NCBI RefSeq assembly: GCF_009914755.1
Contig: NC_060942.1
DNA from: the human T2T-CHM13v2.0 reference genome, Homo sapiens
Length of the DNA stretch: 64,000 nt
Direction: 5' to 3' (one strand)
Of this stretch, positions 1 to 14,517 are shown in pieces; position 1 is the first letter of the stretch, and every line of letters begins with the position of its first letter. The notes below the pieces were generated by a model that saw only the letters and a program-made list of their open reading frames with translations, did not search any database and was not told the origin of the DNA. Position numbers and translations under genes: made by a program.

Positions 1-430
1 GGTGACAAAACATGGGGCAGAAGAATTGCTCACCTGGTCCCTGGCCACATTCCTGGACTACATATTAGTGAAATAGAATCAGCTTTGTTTGTTTTAAGTC
101 ACTAACATTCAAAGTAGTTTGTAATGCAACAGTAGATAACTAGAATATAATTTGGTGCTTAGAATTTAGGTGCTGATGTAAGACATGCAGCTTTGGCATT
201 TGGATTGGAAAACAGAAGTTAAAAGGATACAAGAAAACTGTCTGTGAATAACAATTATTTTAGGCTACAGATAAGGACAACCTAGTTTTGCACTGACAGA
301 ATAATTAGCAAAAATTCACCCTACATAATGTGAAAAATACAAAGTGCACCCAGTGAATTCACGGGCTCCACTAGGGAAATTCCAGAAAGCACCATGTGGC
401 TTCTACTAATTGCCTAATAAAATATGAAGA
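1..430 (+). mobile_element. MaLR MLT1 LTR 3' end (to ~148) followed by MLT1-internal sequence
   Basis: 'tgttttaagtcactaa...tttgtaatgcaacagtagataactagaata' resembles the MLT1 LTR end. It is followed by 'tttggtgcttagaa...ggtgctgatgtaa...gctttggcatttgg', resembling the start of MLT1-int. Confidence 0.65.
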
Positions 431-464
431 TAGGGAGATAAATCAGAAAATCACCATTTAACAA

Positions 465-1085
465 TGACCCTTGTAATCATAGATTGAGACAAGAATCATC
501 AATGATGCTAAAAGTGATGACTGAGTTTGATTAGATTCAGAACAATTTCATATTTTAAAAATATCTCCACACAAAATACATACTACAGGCACATCATTAT
601 TATGTAATACTTTCAACATTATTGTTAATATATTCTTTACAGTGAAAAAATGTCAGACACCATCTTAAATGACATTTTTCTAACTCCCTGGGATAAATCC
701 ATATTGTATGCCTCCCAATACCATGCACTGAGAGGACTGCATTATTATGTTTGTGGTTTTATGGCTTAAGTGCATAAGTCATGAATTATCACCGTAACCC
801 TGCAATGTATCTTGGACCTAAAAATGATATTTTTAAGTAAATTGGTGAAATAAGTTTGGTTCTGTGTATTAAATGGTAATAGGGGAGTAATATTCCTTTA
901 CTGAAGTTAAAGTTGACCTCTGAATAGAAACAGAATGTCCTTGTTCTTATACACACTAATGTATTGAGAGAAAAGGGGTAACTCATCAGCAAGTTACATG
1001 CAAGTTATAAAGTAGCTATGTGTGCTATTTCTGCAACTTTTCTACATATTTAAAAGTAGTTAAAAATTAAAACCTTATCAAAAAA
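465..1085 (+). mobile_element. Old L1 (L1MC4/L1MC5-like) 3' UTR fragment
   Basis: Motifs 'agaatcatcaatgatgctaaa', 'tttacagtgaaaaaatgtcagacaccatcttaa' and 'tgctatttctgcaacttttcta', ending in an A-rich tail. Confidence 0.55.
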
Positions 1086-1539
1086 AGAAATAATACTTCT
1101 GGCTAGAAGATTGTCGGCACAGAGATGGAGAAACTCTGGATCTATATGTGCTAATTTTTGTAGACTTTGTTTTTCTCTAATAATAACCATCTAGAGTATT
1201 TTTCATTCAGTCAGCACTTGTGGACCTCTGTAGAGTTCAGTTAACACCTGTAATCTCCCCGTGTTGCTAATTAAAAATATTGATAACAAAATACCACATT
1301 TTAGTATACATTTGCTGATATAACCTCTAGAATACTCAGAGTTGGATTTTGATTTAACTAGGAATCCTGGAGCTGTGAGATAATGTGGAAAATACATACA
1401 TTTTTAATATGTGCTATTTACCTTGATTCTGTAAGGCCTGATTTTCAATACCGAAGGATCATCTTTATTGACAGAAATCTGAATTCAAGGGACATGGAGG
1501 ATGCCTATCTAAATCATTTTACTTAGATTATTAGGAGTG

Positions 1540-2050
1540 AGAGATTTTTATTTATCATCAATTTCTCATAACTGCTTTACTTTCTAGTACCAGGTGTTCT
1601 AGATGTATTTTGTGTTTTTCCAACCCAAGCCTAAGGATAAGCCATTTCTTCAAATAGATCTGGTTCTTTTTGTAGGGAATGATACTTATAAACCAAGATT
1701 TGGATGGTAATTATACCCATTACTTCTAGGGTTTTGTTGTTTCTAGCTGCCCTACGCTGCCTTTGTTAAGAAACATAAATATAAATATACAAATACATAT
1801 ACATATAAGCAGAAAAATGCATCTAGGTAATTGTATATATATAGACTAGATACAATCCAAATCTAGTTTAAACACCGTGAGTGTGGACTAATACCTCCAA
1901 CTAAAATCCAACACAATGCTACAGAAAATGAGCCCTTCTCATTTTCATATTTATACCTGTTTTTTCCAACTGTGAGAAGACTGGCATGAATTATTCTCAA
2001 ATGCATTTACTTGTGTTTTCCACCTCCTCTGAATTTAACTAAACTTCCAG
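1540..2050 (-). mobile_element. L1MC3/L1MC4-like 3' region
   Basis: 'ataagccatttcttcaaatagatctggttctttttgtagggaatgatacttataaaccaagatttgg' matches the reverse complement of the L1MC 3' region. Confidence 0.65.
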
Positions 2051-2184
2051 CTGTGCCAATCTAAAACTTGGCCCTGAATAAGGAAAAGGGGGAGGGTAAT
2101 GTGAAAGAGACTAGAAAACGTAGAATAGATGAAGCTGAAAAGAGAATGGATCTAAAACATGGTCCGGAAGATTGTGAAGAGCGG

Positions 2185-2320
2185 AGACTCGAGTCAAATT
2201 CCTTTATACTAGAGATCACACAGTATTCCCAAAGTTGCCTCTAATGCCAAGTATGTCATAAGGAACGCACTTTATTTCTCTGGACTTCGTTTTCCCCATT
2301 TGCACACTGAGGAATATGAA
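2185..2320 (+). mobile_element. MIR fragment
   Basis: MIR-core-like 'actttatttctctggacttcgtttccccatttgcacactgagg'. Confidence 0.45.
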
Positions 2321-4357
2321 CTGGAAGACAATTCAGGTCTTGTTTTGCTGTAAGAATCTAAGCTTGGGCATTTTATTTTAACCACATCTGTCCAAGTGTG
2401 TAGAACTAAACATGACAGAATGTCCATTAATTCTGTAAATATTTTCAAATTTGACAATAGTGTCCTCTGGTTTTCCTAATTATTCTTCCTGTGATGGAAA
2501 GCAGAAAACACTTTGATGAAAAGTAATATTTAAATTTAAAATTGAACTGGACTAGCCTGGATTTTATTATATGAATGTACCTTTTTTCTGGGATATCTTA
2601 AGGAGAGATGCAGAAAAGCGGGGATGAAGGCAATTTGAACATTGCAAGGCCTTTAATTCAATGAGCTCATTTCCTCCTGATATTTGGCTGTGACTTCTAC
2701 CTAACCATTTGCACATCTCTTCATGAAACAGCAACCATAACACATGATATAGAATATGAGCATGGCAAAGCGGAGCCATTCGTAATGGCAAAGAACACCT
2801 GTATTCAATTTTTTCTCATCTCATATATTTTTATATATTATATAATCCACATTTAAGTATACATATTTTAAGTCATTTTACAAGCTCTTTGACTTCAGCA
2901 TTAAAAGAGTATTCTAATTGACAGTGACCAAAAACACCTAAGATCTCCTTTACATAAGATATCAAGCTTTCCATGCACAAAGCTTATAAAATAAATGGAT
3001 TTAATCTTTAAAAAATAATAATTCCTGCTCTTGCAAGAAGTCCAAGTGTGTTGATAATGAAGAAATGAGGGGCTTACATAGTTCAAACAGACACACGTGG
3101 AAAGTAAATCCTGCTGAGAGTATCTAGAAAAATGCAAATGGTGACAGAAGATGATTTCCTTTTGACTCTCTTAGACTCATCTTTTAATAAGCCAGTATTT
3201 CTTCTTGCCAACCACAAGGGTAAGAGAAACATTTACTCTTTTCAGCCATTCCCACTATACTTTCTCAGACCATTTAGAAAATAGCTCTATGGGGAACTTA
3301 CACAATAATGTTCTAGTGCTTGAAGAGAGACATTTGCCAGTGCTGGCATTTCTGGGCATGATATCAAATTGCACTGTGTTGGTGGGCACAGAAGCTTTCT
3401 CCAGCTGACAGCAGTAGTAAATCATGATGCCTGCCCAGAGAAGTAAATCTTTGGAAATATTTTGAACTGTGTCAGGTGCTTCTCTGAAATCTTTGTCGCA
3501 TTACAGTAATGAGAGCACTAAAAATCAGGTATACATACACACACATTTTTATATAAAATATCAGCCAATCATCTGTTTAGAGAGTCCACAGGTCCTGTGT
3601 TTACAAAATGAGGCAGACTTATCCCAAAGGCTTAAAATGTTTCCTTTACAAAGGAATAAACATTCCGTGGCTTTGCTGGTTATGACAACTACAAAATTTC
3701 TACAAACTAGCCTATCTCTCTGTTTTGCTATTTTGTTATGTTAATCGGTATCAGTGCAGACAAAAAAAGTCAACCATACCTCAAAAATAATCATGGCAAT
3801 ATATAATCTAGGTATATGCATATTTACGCAGAATATATCTGATTTTTTATGGTGGTTGTTTGTTTCTATGTCCGATAGCATTTATATTATCCATTGCATA
3901 TTTATTGAGCATCTATTAAATGTTAATTGATCCAGGAAATTTTCAAGATACGCTATGTAAAGTTTCCTTCTTCAAACATCATAAATTGTAAGCATTAAAA
4001 TTAGGTACATAATGTTAACTCACGGCATGAATAACTTAGTACAAATAAGAAATTATCAAGAGTAAAGTAAAATTTTTATAAACATTCTTAGATCTCAAAG
4101 CCCATTTTTAGAAATGGAAATAACATGATTTAGTTCTCATTTCATGTCAGAGATGCAGAGCTAGAAAGAGCATTGTATTCACACTTATGGCAAGAAAAAT
4201 GCTGGCCAAACTATAAACTTATAACTTCTCTGAGCCTATTGGAGTGCTAATGTCTCAAGACAAATTACTAGGGTAATTTTTGGAGAAAGATAGGTAGTTA
4301 CAGAGAAAAGTTAAGTATAAATTTGGTTACTTGGGACAAATCTTGACAGACCTTGTA

Positions 4358-5122
<765 letters not shown>

Positions 5123-5127
5123 CTATA

Positions 5128-5531
5128 TGCTATGGTCTGAATGCTCCCCAAAGTCATGTGTTGAAACTTAATATTTGCTGTAGTGGTATTAACAGGTGGA
5201 GTCTTTGGGGACGTGATTAGGTCATTAGCCTCTGCTTTATGAAAGGGTTTGTACCATATACAAGCACTGAAGGGAACTCACTTTAGCACCTTTTGTCCCT
5301 TTTGTCCTTCGCATCTTCTGCCATGTGAGGTTAAAGCACTTGTTCCTTTGGCCCCTCTGCCTTCCACCGGAAGAAGACAGCATTGATGGAGCAGGTTCTC
5401 ACCAGACCACAGGCGTGCCATGCCTTGGTCTGGGACTTCCCAGCCTTCAGAACCTTGAGAAATAAATTTCTGGTCTTTAAAAATTGTTTAGCCTCAGGTA
5501 TTTTGTTATAGCAGAGCAAATGGACAAATTG
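5128..5531 (+). mobile_element. MST (MSTC/MSTD-like) MaLR solo LTR
   Basis: Starts 'tgctatggtctgaatg'. Ends 'gacttcccagccttcagaaccttgagaaataaatttctg...ctcaggtattttgttatagcagagcaaatggac'. Confidence 0.8.
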
Positions 5532-6000
5532 CTGTAAGCCGAATGTGGGGTAGTGTGAGAGTGTGAACCTCCTGGGATTCGTGGGTACCAAAGTGTTCTC
5601 GTGATCATGCAGCCCTTTCCACCATGAGTACAAACAGCAGCTCACTAAGAAGGTTCTCGACAAAAGTGCTTGAGGGGAGGACACTGTGGAAAACTTCTCT
5701 GAGTGTTGGGCAGGGTGAGAGGGGGAGAAAAGCAGCCCCTGCTGAAACTTCTCCCAAGATCGATGTGCTCTTTTCCATTCACAAAAAAAGAGAAAATTTG
5801 TAACATTAAAAACTGCTGCCTTTAGGCATGAGCAGAAACTCACTGGGGCTGCTGGAAGGGGATAGGAAGATCAAAACTTCACACCCGGAAGATGGGCAGG
5901 AATACGTGCTAGGCCCAACACTGAAGCTGGAGTACGAAGACGAGCATTTGGGAAGCTGACACACCTGAGAACCAATACACACACTTGAGAACCCAGGTAG

Positions 6001-6033
6001 ACACACACACATACACACACACACACACACACA
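6001..6033. repeat. (CA)n microsatellite
   Basis: Directly visible CA run with one TA interruption. Confidence 0.95.
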
Positions 6034-6447
6034 TCCGAGACCCAGGTATGCAATGGCTGCCTAAGACTGAGCCTTAATCAGAAAATCAGAGGATGACCTC
6101 TGTCCCCAGCCCACATCACCACAGTCAGAAGATTCTGAAGAGACACATTCTCTCTAGACAGTAGTGCACAGGCTGACAGGGGTGGGAGGAAGAGCCAAGT
6201 GGGGAGAAGAAATTGAAAGAAAGAAACTCTCCGGAAAAACCAGGACAGACAGTACCACTTAAAAACAATGCATCATTGGAAAAATATGACATTCAATGCC
6301 TGTGGCCAATCTAATGATAACTTCATTCCCAGCACAACTTCTGACTATATTAACACAAACCCCTACACTAAAGTGATACCCAGTAAGAAAATATATTCAC
6401 TTCACTACCTGCTCTCCTGCGCTACTTTTCTGGCTTTCAATAACTAC

Positions 6448-6448
<1 letters not shown>

Positions 6449-6481
<33 letters not shown>
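6449..6481. repeat. Pure A33 homopolymer
   Basis: 33 uninterrupted A's with no Alu or L1 body attached. Confidence 0.95.
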
Positions 6482-6484
<3 letters not shown>

Positions 6485-7884
6485 CTACCAAAAGGCAAAA
6501 ACAATCTAAAGAGACAACGCAATGATCAGAATCAGACTCAGATGTGACACAGATGTTGAAACTATCAGGTAGGAAATTTTAAATATTTATAATTAAACAT
6601 TAGAAATTCTAATGGACAAGCAAGACATCATCACTGATTAGACAGGTGATTTCAGCAGAGATAAAGAAACTTTAAGAAAGCATCAAATGGAAATGCTAGA
6701 AAGTATAGAGTAATGGAAATGAAGTGTTCCTCTGAGGGATTATTTAGTAAGTTTGACAACATAAAAGACCCAGTGAATTTGAAAGTAAGTCAGTAGAAAT
6801 CACCCAAACTGAAACTGAAAGGAAAGAAGGTGGGTAGAGAAATTAGAGGAATTTAAGAAGTGTAGGGTAAAAGTGCTGTGTAACCTGTGCAAAACATCAC
6901 AGAAGGAAGAGTGAGGAGAGGGAATGAGACAGAAAACATATCTGAAGAAATAATAGTTGAGAATTTTTTAAATTATAACAGACCCCAAAACACATATCCA
7001 AGCAGCCTAAAGGAAACCAAGCAGGCTAAATACCAAAAACAAAAAATGCAAAAACCAAACACACATATACGACCAAACATCCACACAGGCATATACTATT
7101 CAAAATGCTGGCAAAAAGTGACTTTACTGTACAGAAACCCGACAGCACTTAGCCAGGTGATTAAGGTGAACATTGGCTGTAAAAGTCTTGGTGATATCAC
7201 GCACCTCCTGATCTGACAGGGTAAGAAGAGTACTTCATCTCTAAGGTATTTATCACCAAAACCCCTAACTCCAGGGTAATCATGAGACAACACTAGATGC
7301 ACTCATATTGAGAAATATGTTACAAAACTCACAGACCCCAACTTCTCAAGACTGCCAATGTCATGGAAGCAAGGAAAAACTGAGAAACTGCCACAATTAG
7401 AGAAGACTAAGAAGACACGTAGGCATATAGAAGAAGGCAAATAGATGCAATATGAATTCCAGGATTGGATGCGGGAAGAGAAATGACATCAGTTAAAAAC
7501 TTGTGAAATCAGAACAAAGCCCTTTGTTTCATAGTAATATTACAGTAATATTGATTTCTTAATTTTGATAAGTACACCCTGGTTATGCAAAACGTTAACA
7601 TTAGTGAAATCTGAATATAGGGTCTCTAGAAACTCTGTGAACTATCTTTGGAATGTTTCTATAAATATAACCTTATTTAAAAAAAATGGCTGGACTTTGA
7701 AATACTTGAACAACAATTAAAAAAGCCACACATTTTGACAGACAGTACATTTGAGATTCAGTGTACAAATTGAATATAGTTTCTGTTTTCAGGTAGGGAG
7801 AAATCTTGAGAATACATCCAAGGTTTATTGGGGAATATTGAATGTGTGAGTCTTGAAAGCATACTTTAACATTGGTTTGAAATA

Positions 7885-7894
7885 TGTGTGCGTG

Positions 7895-7947
<53 letters not shown>

Positions 7948-7948
7948 T
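7885..7948. repeat. (TG)n-(AG)n microsatellite
   Basis: About 20 perfect TG units from 7901, followed by a short AG run. Confidence 0.95.
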
Positions 7949-9956
7949 ATGTGCATGTATATATACATACATACAGTAGAAACAAGGTAAGATAGAAGAA
8001 AATGTCATTTAGTATGAAGTCAGAAGTCTTATTATGTATAAACCAGAAGAAGCAAATTAAAGTTGTAATCAAGTATTTTAAAAAATTGAACAAATACAAA
8101 TTTACAGAGCCAATAAATTGGTATTCAGGCCAAAATTTAGACTGTTATATTCTGCATTTATATAAATGCTTTAAGTCATAAGAGTTAACCCCCCAAACAT
8201 CTCTGTCTACATTTTTCTCAACCACAGTAAGATATGCTTTTAATATAATATCAAACAGAGGAAAACTTGGTTTTTGTTTTTGGAGTTTTTTTCCCCTGTT
8301 AAAACAACCACGTCCTACCCTCTCATGTATTACTGCTCTATCTGGAATCTACTGTACAAAGCAGACAGGGAAGAGATGTTAAATAACCTTTAAATTTTCA
8401 AGAATTTGATTGACCTTAAGCTATGTTTATCTTCATGGAAGAAGAGACTCTGAGGCCTTTTTTCCTTACATAAACAGAATACATTTTTTTTCTCAAATTT
8501 TATAAAATACACACACATTTTTCACATTCTCGTACCACTGACAGCCTGTTCCTAATTGAACCAGTTTTAGTTTTGCAGTTTGGTTTTGCAGAATGATGAC
8601 AGATATCAAATGTTCCCTCTGAACTCATGTTTCAAAATTTTCTCTAATAATTTGTTAAATAGATTTTACTGACATATTTATTACTAAATTTTGTCCTTTG
8701 TAAAGATTCCATCAAAACTTAAAATACGATCAACTTTGAAACTTGTTAAAAAATAATTTTTTCTATGTAATTTTTTGATTTTCCTTAGGGCTTTCTTAGG
8801 CTTTCTCTTAATTGGGCACTGTTAAACATGCTGAATTTGCAGCATTCAAAAGTAAAGTACATTTGAACAAACAATTAAAATACCATAGAATCCCTGAGTA
8901 TAAAATCTGTCTTGACACGTCCTAATCAATGAAGTTCAGCTTTCAGAATATTTGGTAGAAATCTTGTACTCTCCAGTTTACTGTCACCACTTACAGTCAT
9001 AGATAAGTTTGGAAACCAGATGGTCAGATTAAGATAACATGCTAAAAGATTCAGGTAATAGCTGACCTACATCAAACACACAAATGCACAAATACTGTAC
9101 TTTATGCATACCCACTACAGATACTAAAACTCAATTTTCTTCTGACCACTCTAAGCATACTGACATCAGCTTGTAATGATTTGCAGAGGTCTTGACAGCA
9201 AAACTATAATATTCAATAAGATAAAGGGAAAGAAAATGTTATCATATTTAATTTGTATACTTTTTCATACATTGTATTAAACAACCCTTTTACCTGCCCC
9301 TCAATCACCTGGCTTCTTTATCCCTCTCTTTATGCTTGCTTTGGTTTAAGAAAAATAAAAAAGAGTCATAGGAAGAAAGAAATAAGAAAGATGTTTGAAC
9401 AAAAAAACATAGAAACTGGTATGAAAAATAAAGAAAGTAATGTAATTTCACATTAGTTAGGAGAAAACAGAAGTGGCAGAACCATTTTCCAAGAATATAG
9501 TAAATGTAAGAAGGCTTCTCTCATTTTAGAACTGTTTTTAGAGGCTCTGAGATCAATTATTATCCTACAGATACAGTACATTCCTGATCATTGAGAGCAA
9601 GTGTCTTCATTTTCATTGTCATGTGCTTTTCAACCAGCTGAGAGCCAACAAATTTAGAAATAACTGTCAGATAATTTTTTATTAAAGTTTTTATGAACCT
9701 TTTTCAAATATTATCAAAGTCTTTACTTATACTTTTAAGGCTACAAAAAACTCCATGAATTATTTTTAACAATGAAGAATTATTTCAGGAATGCTAAAAA
9801 CCTAGGAGGGCACAAGAAAATGCCTTATTCTCTATAATTCTAAACTCTATTTCTTCCAAGAAGACTGAACATGGCTAGGCTTAAAGCAAACAAAATTTTA
9901 ATAATTGTGTTTATACAAACAGCCAAAACTGAAGTTATTTTTCCTCCTTTTTCAGA

Positions 9957-10098
9957 AAATATTTATACTTGTTAAATTTTTATAATTTATAATATGCTAT
10001 ATTTATATATAATTTTTATATATAAATATACATATATAAATATATATTTATATATAAATAATAAAATATATAATTTATAAATATTTATACTTGTTAAA
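9957..10098. repeat. AT-rich low-complexity tract flanked by a 20-bp direct repeat
   Basis: AAATATTTATACTTGTTAAA occurs at 9957-9976 and 10079-10098, with (TA)-like filler between. Confidence 0.85.
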
Positions 10099-11477
10099 AA
10101 GTAATCTTGAATCCCTTTTTTTTAAAATAATTTGGAATCCAGCTATTTCTCTTGAGAGGCAATGCAGAAATTGAAAAGGTAAGTCTATAAGCTTTGGAAT
10201 AAGTTAGCACTCTATAAAGAACTCCTTAAAATTTAATAGACATACACAGTAGGCACATCATTTTACATATGATATGTGTTTCCTCATCATATCAGGAATA
10301 ATTAGCCCAATCCTCAAGATTCTTGTACATGTATCCAGTACGCCTTGCTATGTCAAGGCGTTTAATTCTCTTTCTGTTTAAATTCTCTTTCACATGAAAT
10401 ATTGCTAAGTATCTTTACAGTTAAATCTTTATTTTAAATATTACTATGCCAAGGTAATTGATTTATTACCACTATTAAGAAATGTTATTGACAAATTAAC
10501 CTCCAGCACACCCTCTATGTGGTCACTTTCAGCCTATAATCAAGTGCAGGAGGCTACAGAAGCCGAATAATGCCTCACTCATCATGTCACAGGATTCTAC
10601 AGAGGGGCTTATTCTTGCCATTTTTAAAAATTCATATAACAAATAAATTACTGACTAAATGAAGAAATATAAAATGATTATAAAGCAGAATGTGAGAGAG
10701 TTCACCTTTTTCTCCCAGTTTTAAGGTACTCTGACTTGTTCAAAGTTTTGTGTAAACTAGGCAACTTTCAAGCCAGGATCTACTGAGATGAATGTTACTG
10801 AAAATTGTCCCCACTTTTGCTTTCTACCAACTCATGGCTTCAGATACTTCTTGGAGGAAATAGACCAAAGATTTCTAAGGTTTACATGAAATCAGTTTGG
10901 GTGAAATCAATCGCAAGGGTCTTTGACGTCTTCTCCCTTAGGAGACTCAAGATGAAAAAAGATCACAACACTCCAGCCTGTACTTCATTATGCTTCAAAG
11001 AGGCCCATGGCAATCCTTCTAAAATTTATACAGACTAATTCAAAAACATTATTTCTATTTTATCACCTATTTCACTATGGATTCTTTCCAACCATCTACT
11101 GTCTGAAATACAGGTTAAAAAAAAAAAAAAGCTAGATTACTCAGCAGAGTCTTTAATATCAAAAGTTAGCAGTCAGGAAGATTAACTGACACAAACTTTC
11201 TAACCCCAGACAAAATATAAAGTTTAAAGGCGCAAGTGGACTTATTTTGCTCCAAAGACATGGCTCAACACACACACACACAAATACAGAAACATACACA
11301 TACGTAAAATGCCCAGATGTAGGCAGAACTAGTGTGGCGTTAGGGGTGGCATTTAGAAATAGATTATGTAACTGTGTGGTATACGTTTTGGTATTTTGTG
11401 GTCAATAATAGTCATGGTCAAAAATGGGTCAAATATGGTCAAACTCCAAAACATTGGGACAATGCATTTCCTGGCAT

Positions 11478-11940
11478 GGGTAGGCACAGAAAAACTCCAC
11501 TTTTACCCTCTTAGGGTCCCAGCTGGGTCTGAGGATTAAACGACAAAAAATAGACTAATAGGAGAAAAGCATAAGTTTTATGTGGCATGGGAGCCCTCAT
11601 AAAGAAACGACCCACAGAAGTAGTTAGAGTCAGTTACTCATATAGTGAATTGGACAAGGAGTAGCAAGTTGCAAAGAAGCAACTAAATTATGCAGGGAGG
11701 CTTTACAAATAAGAGTTATTCAAACAAAGTCTATATAGTATTCTCTCAGTTTCAATTTCTCATCTTTGAAAATAATGATGTTGGATTTATGTAGTACTGG
11801 AGGGCATCTTTTGTGTGGGAATTTCATCCTCTTTCTCTTAAAAACAGCACAAGATAAAAGTGATCATTTTGCACCTGCTGCTTTCCAGGTGCCTTTAACT
11901 TAAATAGCCAATATGCCAGAGTACTATATTTTAACCCCAT
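11478..11940 (-). mobile_element. ERV1-class solo LTR (MER34/LTR48-like)
   Basis: 'atagactaataggagaaaagcataagtttta' and 'ttttgcacctgctgctttccaggtgcctttaacttaaatagccaatatgccagagtactatatttt' resemble MER4-group LTRs in reverse orientation. Confidence 0.55.
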
Positions 11941-14517
11941 CCCATCTGTGTACATTTCTTTGCACCACAACAATAAAATCCTCCGTTACTGCCAATAAGT
12001 TTGGTTCTGGAGTTGTTTTCAGGAGCTCAAGCACCTTAAGGTTCCGCAGCTTTTGTCACAGTATCCTGGTCCTTCTCCTGGGAAAACACCATTCTCATAG
12101 GGAACTCATCGTGCTCTCTTTTGCTTAACGCTCAGTGCAATTGCTAATTGGTGAGATAATCATATGAACTGGTGCTTTAAGACTGATCAAAGTGTTTTTC
12201 TGATCTTTATGGATGTATTTATTTCGGTCTGTTTCTCAGACGCAGCCACCTGTGAGTCAACTAAAAGAGTAAAATTGCACAAAATTTTATGCCTCTGAAT
12301 TTACTGGGGAGTGGACAAGGGGAAGGAAGTAATACAAAATTATTTTCTTCCTTCAACGACACAACTAAAATGTTTACCCAGATGCTTTACCTTAGAAACT
12401 AATAGGCTTCAGTGGGCTCACTGTCATATTGATCACAATTTTATTTTCAACCACTGCTTGAAGAAATTTGATAAAAATAACCTAGCAAGAAGTGTTTCTC
12501 TCAGCTATCTTTAAATGCCCTTTGATTCTGGACAGATTTTGAGTATGAGCCAAGTATGTGAATAGTACTTAAAGTCTCAATTAGTCACGCTCTTGGAAAT
12601 TTTAGCTTTTACTGCTATCCAGAGTCAATGAAAGCAGGTCTGTTCTCTTGCCTACACAGAGATATCAACAGATAAAATAGGATTATATTTTAAGACAGCT
12701 TATATCCTGCCTTAATTTAATGTGATAAAGATTTTAAAACACTCTAGATGAGTTGAGTAAATTTCCTTCACAAAAGAGATATAAATAACCTCCTTTAAAT
12801 GACTGTGATCAATTTATTAACGCAAAGCCAAAATTGCAGCAAAAATGTCATTTTCAGTATTTACAAGCATGAAAAATGCAGAATATAAAATAAAACTATC
12901 ACATTTTATATACTTAGTGCAGAATTCACCCAACCAATGAAGACTTGTTGCACCTAATTAGTGCCTTTGCTTAGGTTGTGATACCTTGTCCAGCTACTTC
13001 CCTTAGCAGACAGGCCAGAAGCCACATTGCTCAGGATCACACCGCCTGCAGGCGCAGAGCTGTGCTTGTACAGGACTGTGGTGTGTTACTGCTAACATTT
13101 TTGTTAGCAAAGGCCTACATCCTCCCTAGTCTGCTGTACTGCGTGAACTCTGGGGATGCAATCAGGGTTTGTACAGGAGCAGATAGAGCTCGCACTGCTC
13201 CGGAGTAGACCCCTCACTGTGCTGTCCCTAGAGCTCCTGTGGCCAGCTAGTGGAAATGGGCAATCTTTTCATTTTAGAAGAAATCATCATACTTCTCACA
13301 ATATTCTATCAGTCCCACCTCCTGCTTGTTTGATTTTCCAAGGCATGAAAATCTGTGTTAATTAGCAACATGGAATACCAAGATAGTATGTTCTTATCAG
13401 AAACACTTTCAATTGTTAACTCTATGGATTCTATTTTATCATAAAATATTCCAGTTAGGATATGCATTTCTGTATTCCACAGTTCACAAAGTCCTAAGTT
13501 AGATCATTTCATATAAAGAAAAATGCTGCACAAATCAACTATGTTTCCTTTTGCAGTGACCTATCATTCAAAATAAAAAAAGGATTTCATTGGAAGAAAT
13601 CAGAATGGTAACATTTCCTAGCACGAAATAAAAATAACTAGAAATTAAATAACTGTCCTATATTTCATCTTTTATTTCATCAACTTGTTTCTTTTGAACA
13701 ATAACTAGTTGAGGATTATTTCCAATTAGTTATATTTTCCCAAACAACGATGGATACAACAAAATCTAGCTTCAGCAAAATATTGAAGCTTTGAACCAAA
13801 AACTTCAACTGACCTGGGTTGCACTGTTATTATAAATTACAACTACAATTTTTAATAAATTTAGTATTTAAATTTCAAATAATTACCCAGAATATGATTT
13901 CTTGCTGAATCTATATCATTTAATCATGTTGTTAAAAATCACAACTGAATTTTGCCCACAAAAAGTACAGTAACCTTTGTCTGCAAATGGCAGTGTCTTA
14001 ACTTGTCTTCTCCTGTTGATACAGAATAAGGATGAAAAAATGGTTTTAATTTGCATTCTTTTGCTCCTGGCTCCTTCGGCTCCAAACATGATATTAGTTA
14101 GTCAGTGCTTTCAGTATTTCATAATGAATTATTAGTGCATATGTGCATTAGAGCAATGTTAGCATTTTTCCAGGAGAAGAATGTAAAAGTAAAAAAGTAT
14201 GCCTCTCATTGAGAGACCTGAAAGAGCGCTTTGCAAATTATGTGACCCACAATATTAAATTGATGCATATACAATATGCATCAATTAGAAGATTTTCTTG
14301 CTTTTCTCAAGTGGTTATTAATATTGAAAAGCATCAACATTAGTATTTTATTGCCACCAAACATGTGAAGCAATCTCTGTCATTGGTAAAATTACGTATT
14401 GCCCATCATATTTTTTAATATTTGGATTATTTTCTAATTAATTTAACACCAAAGACTTATGGCAATAATTAGATATTTATATTTAAAAATATATTTAACT
14501 TCTTACCTTTTCCCCAT

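Noticed and set aside
2567-2800. 74-aa minus-strand ORF or possible exon in unique sequence
   Set aside because: No polypyrimidine tract at the acceptor, a weak donor (gtacat), and no recognisable homology.
10340-10361. Short 8-bp hairpins here and at ~13090 and ~24534
   Set aside because: Expected by chance in 64 kb, and rho-independent terminators are irrelevant in human DNA.
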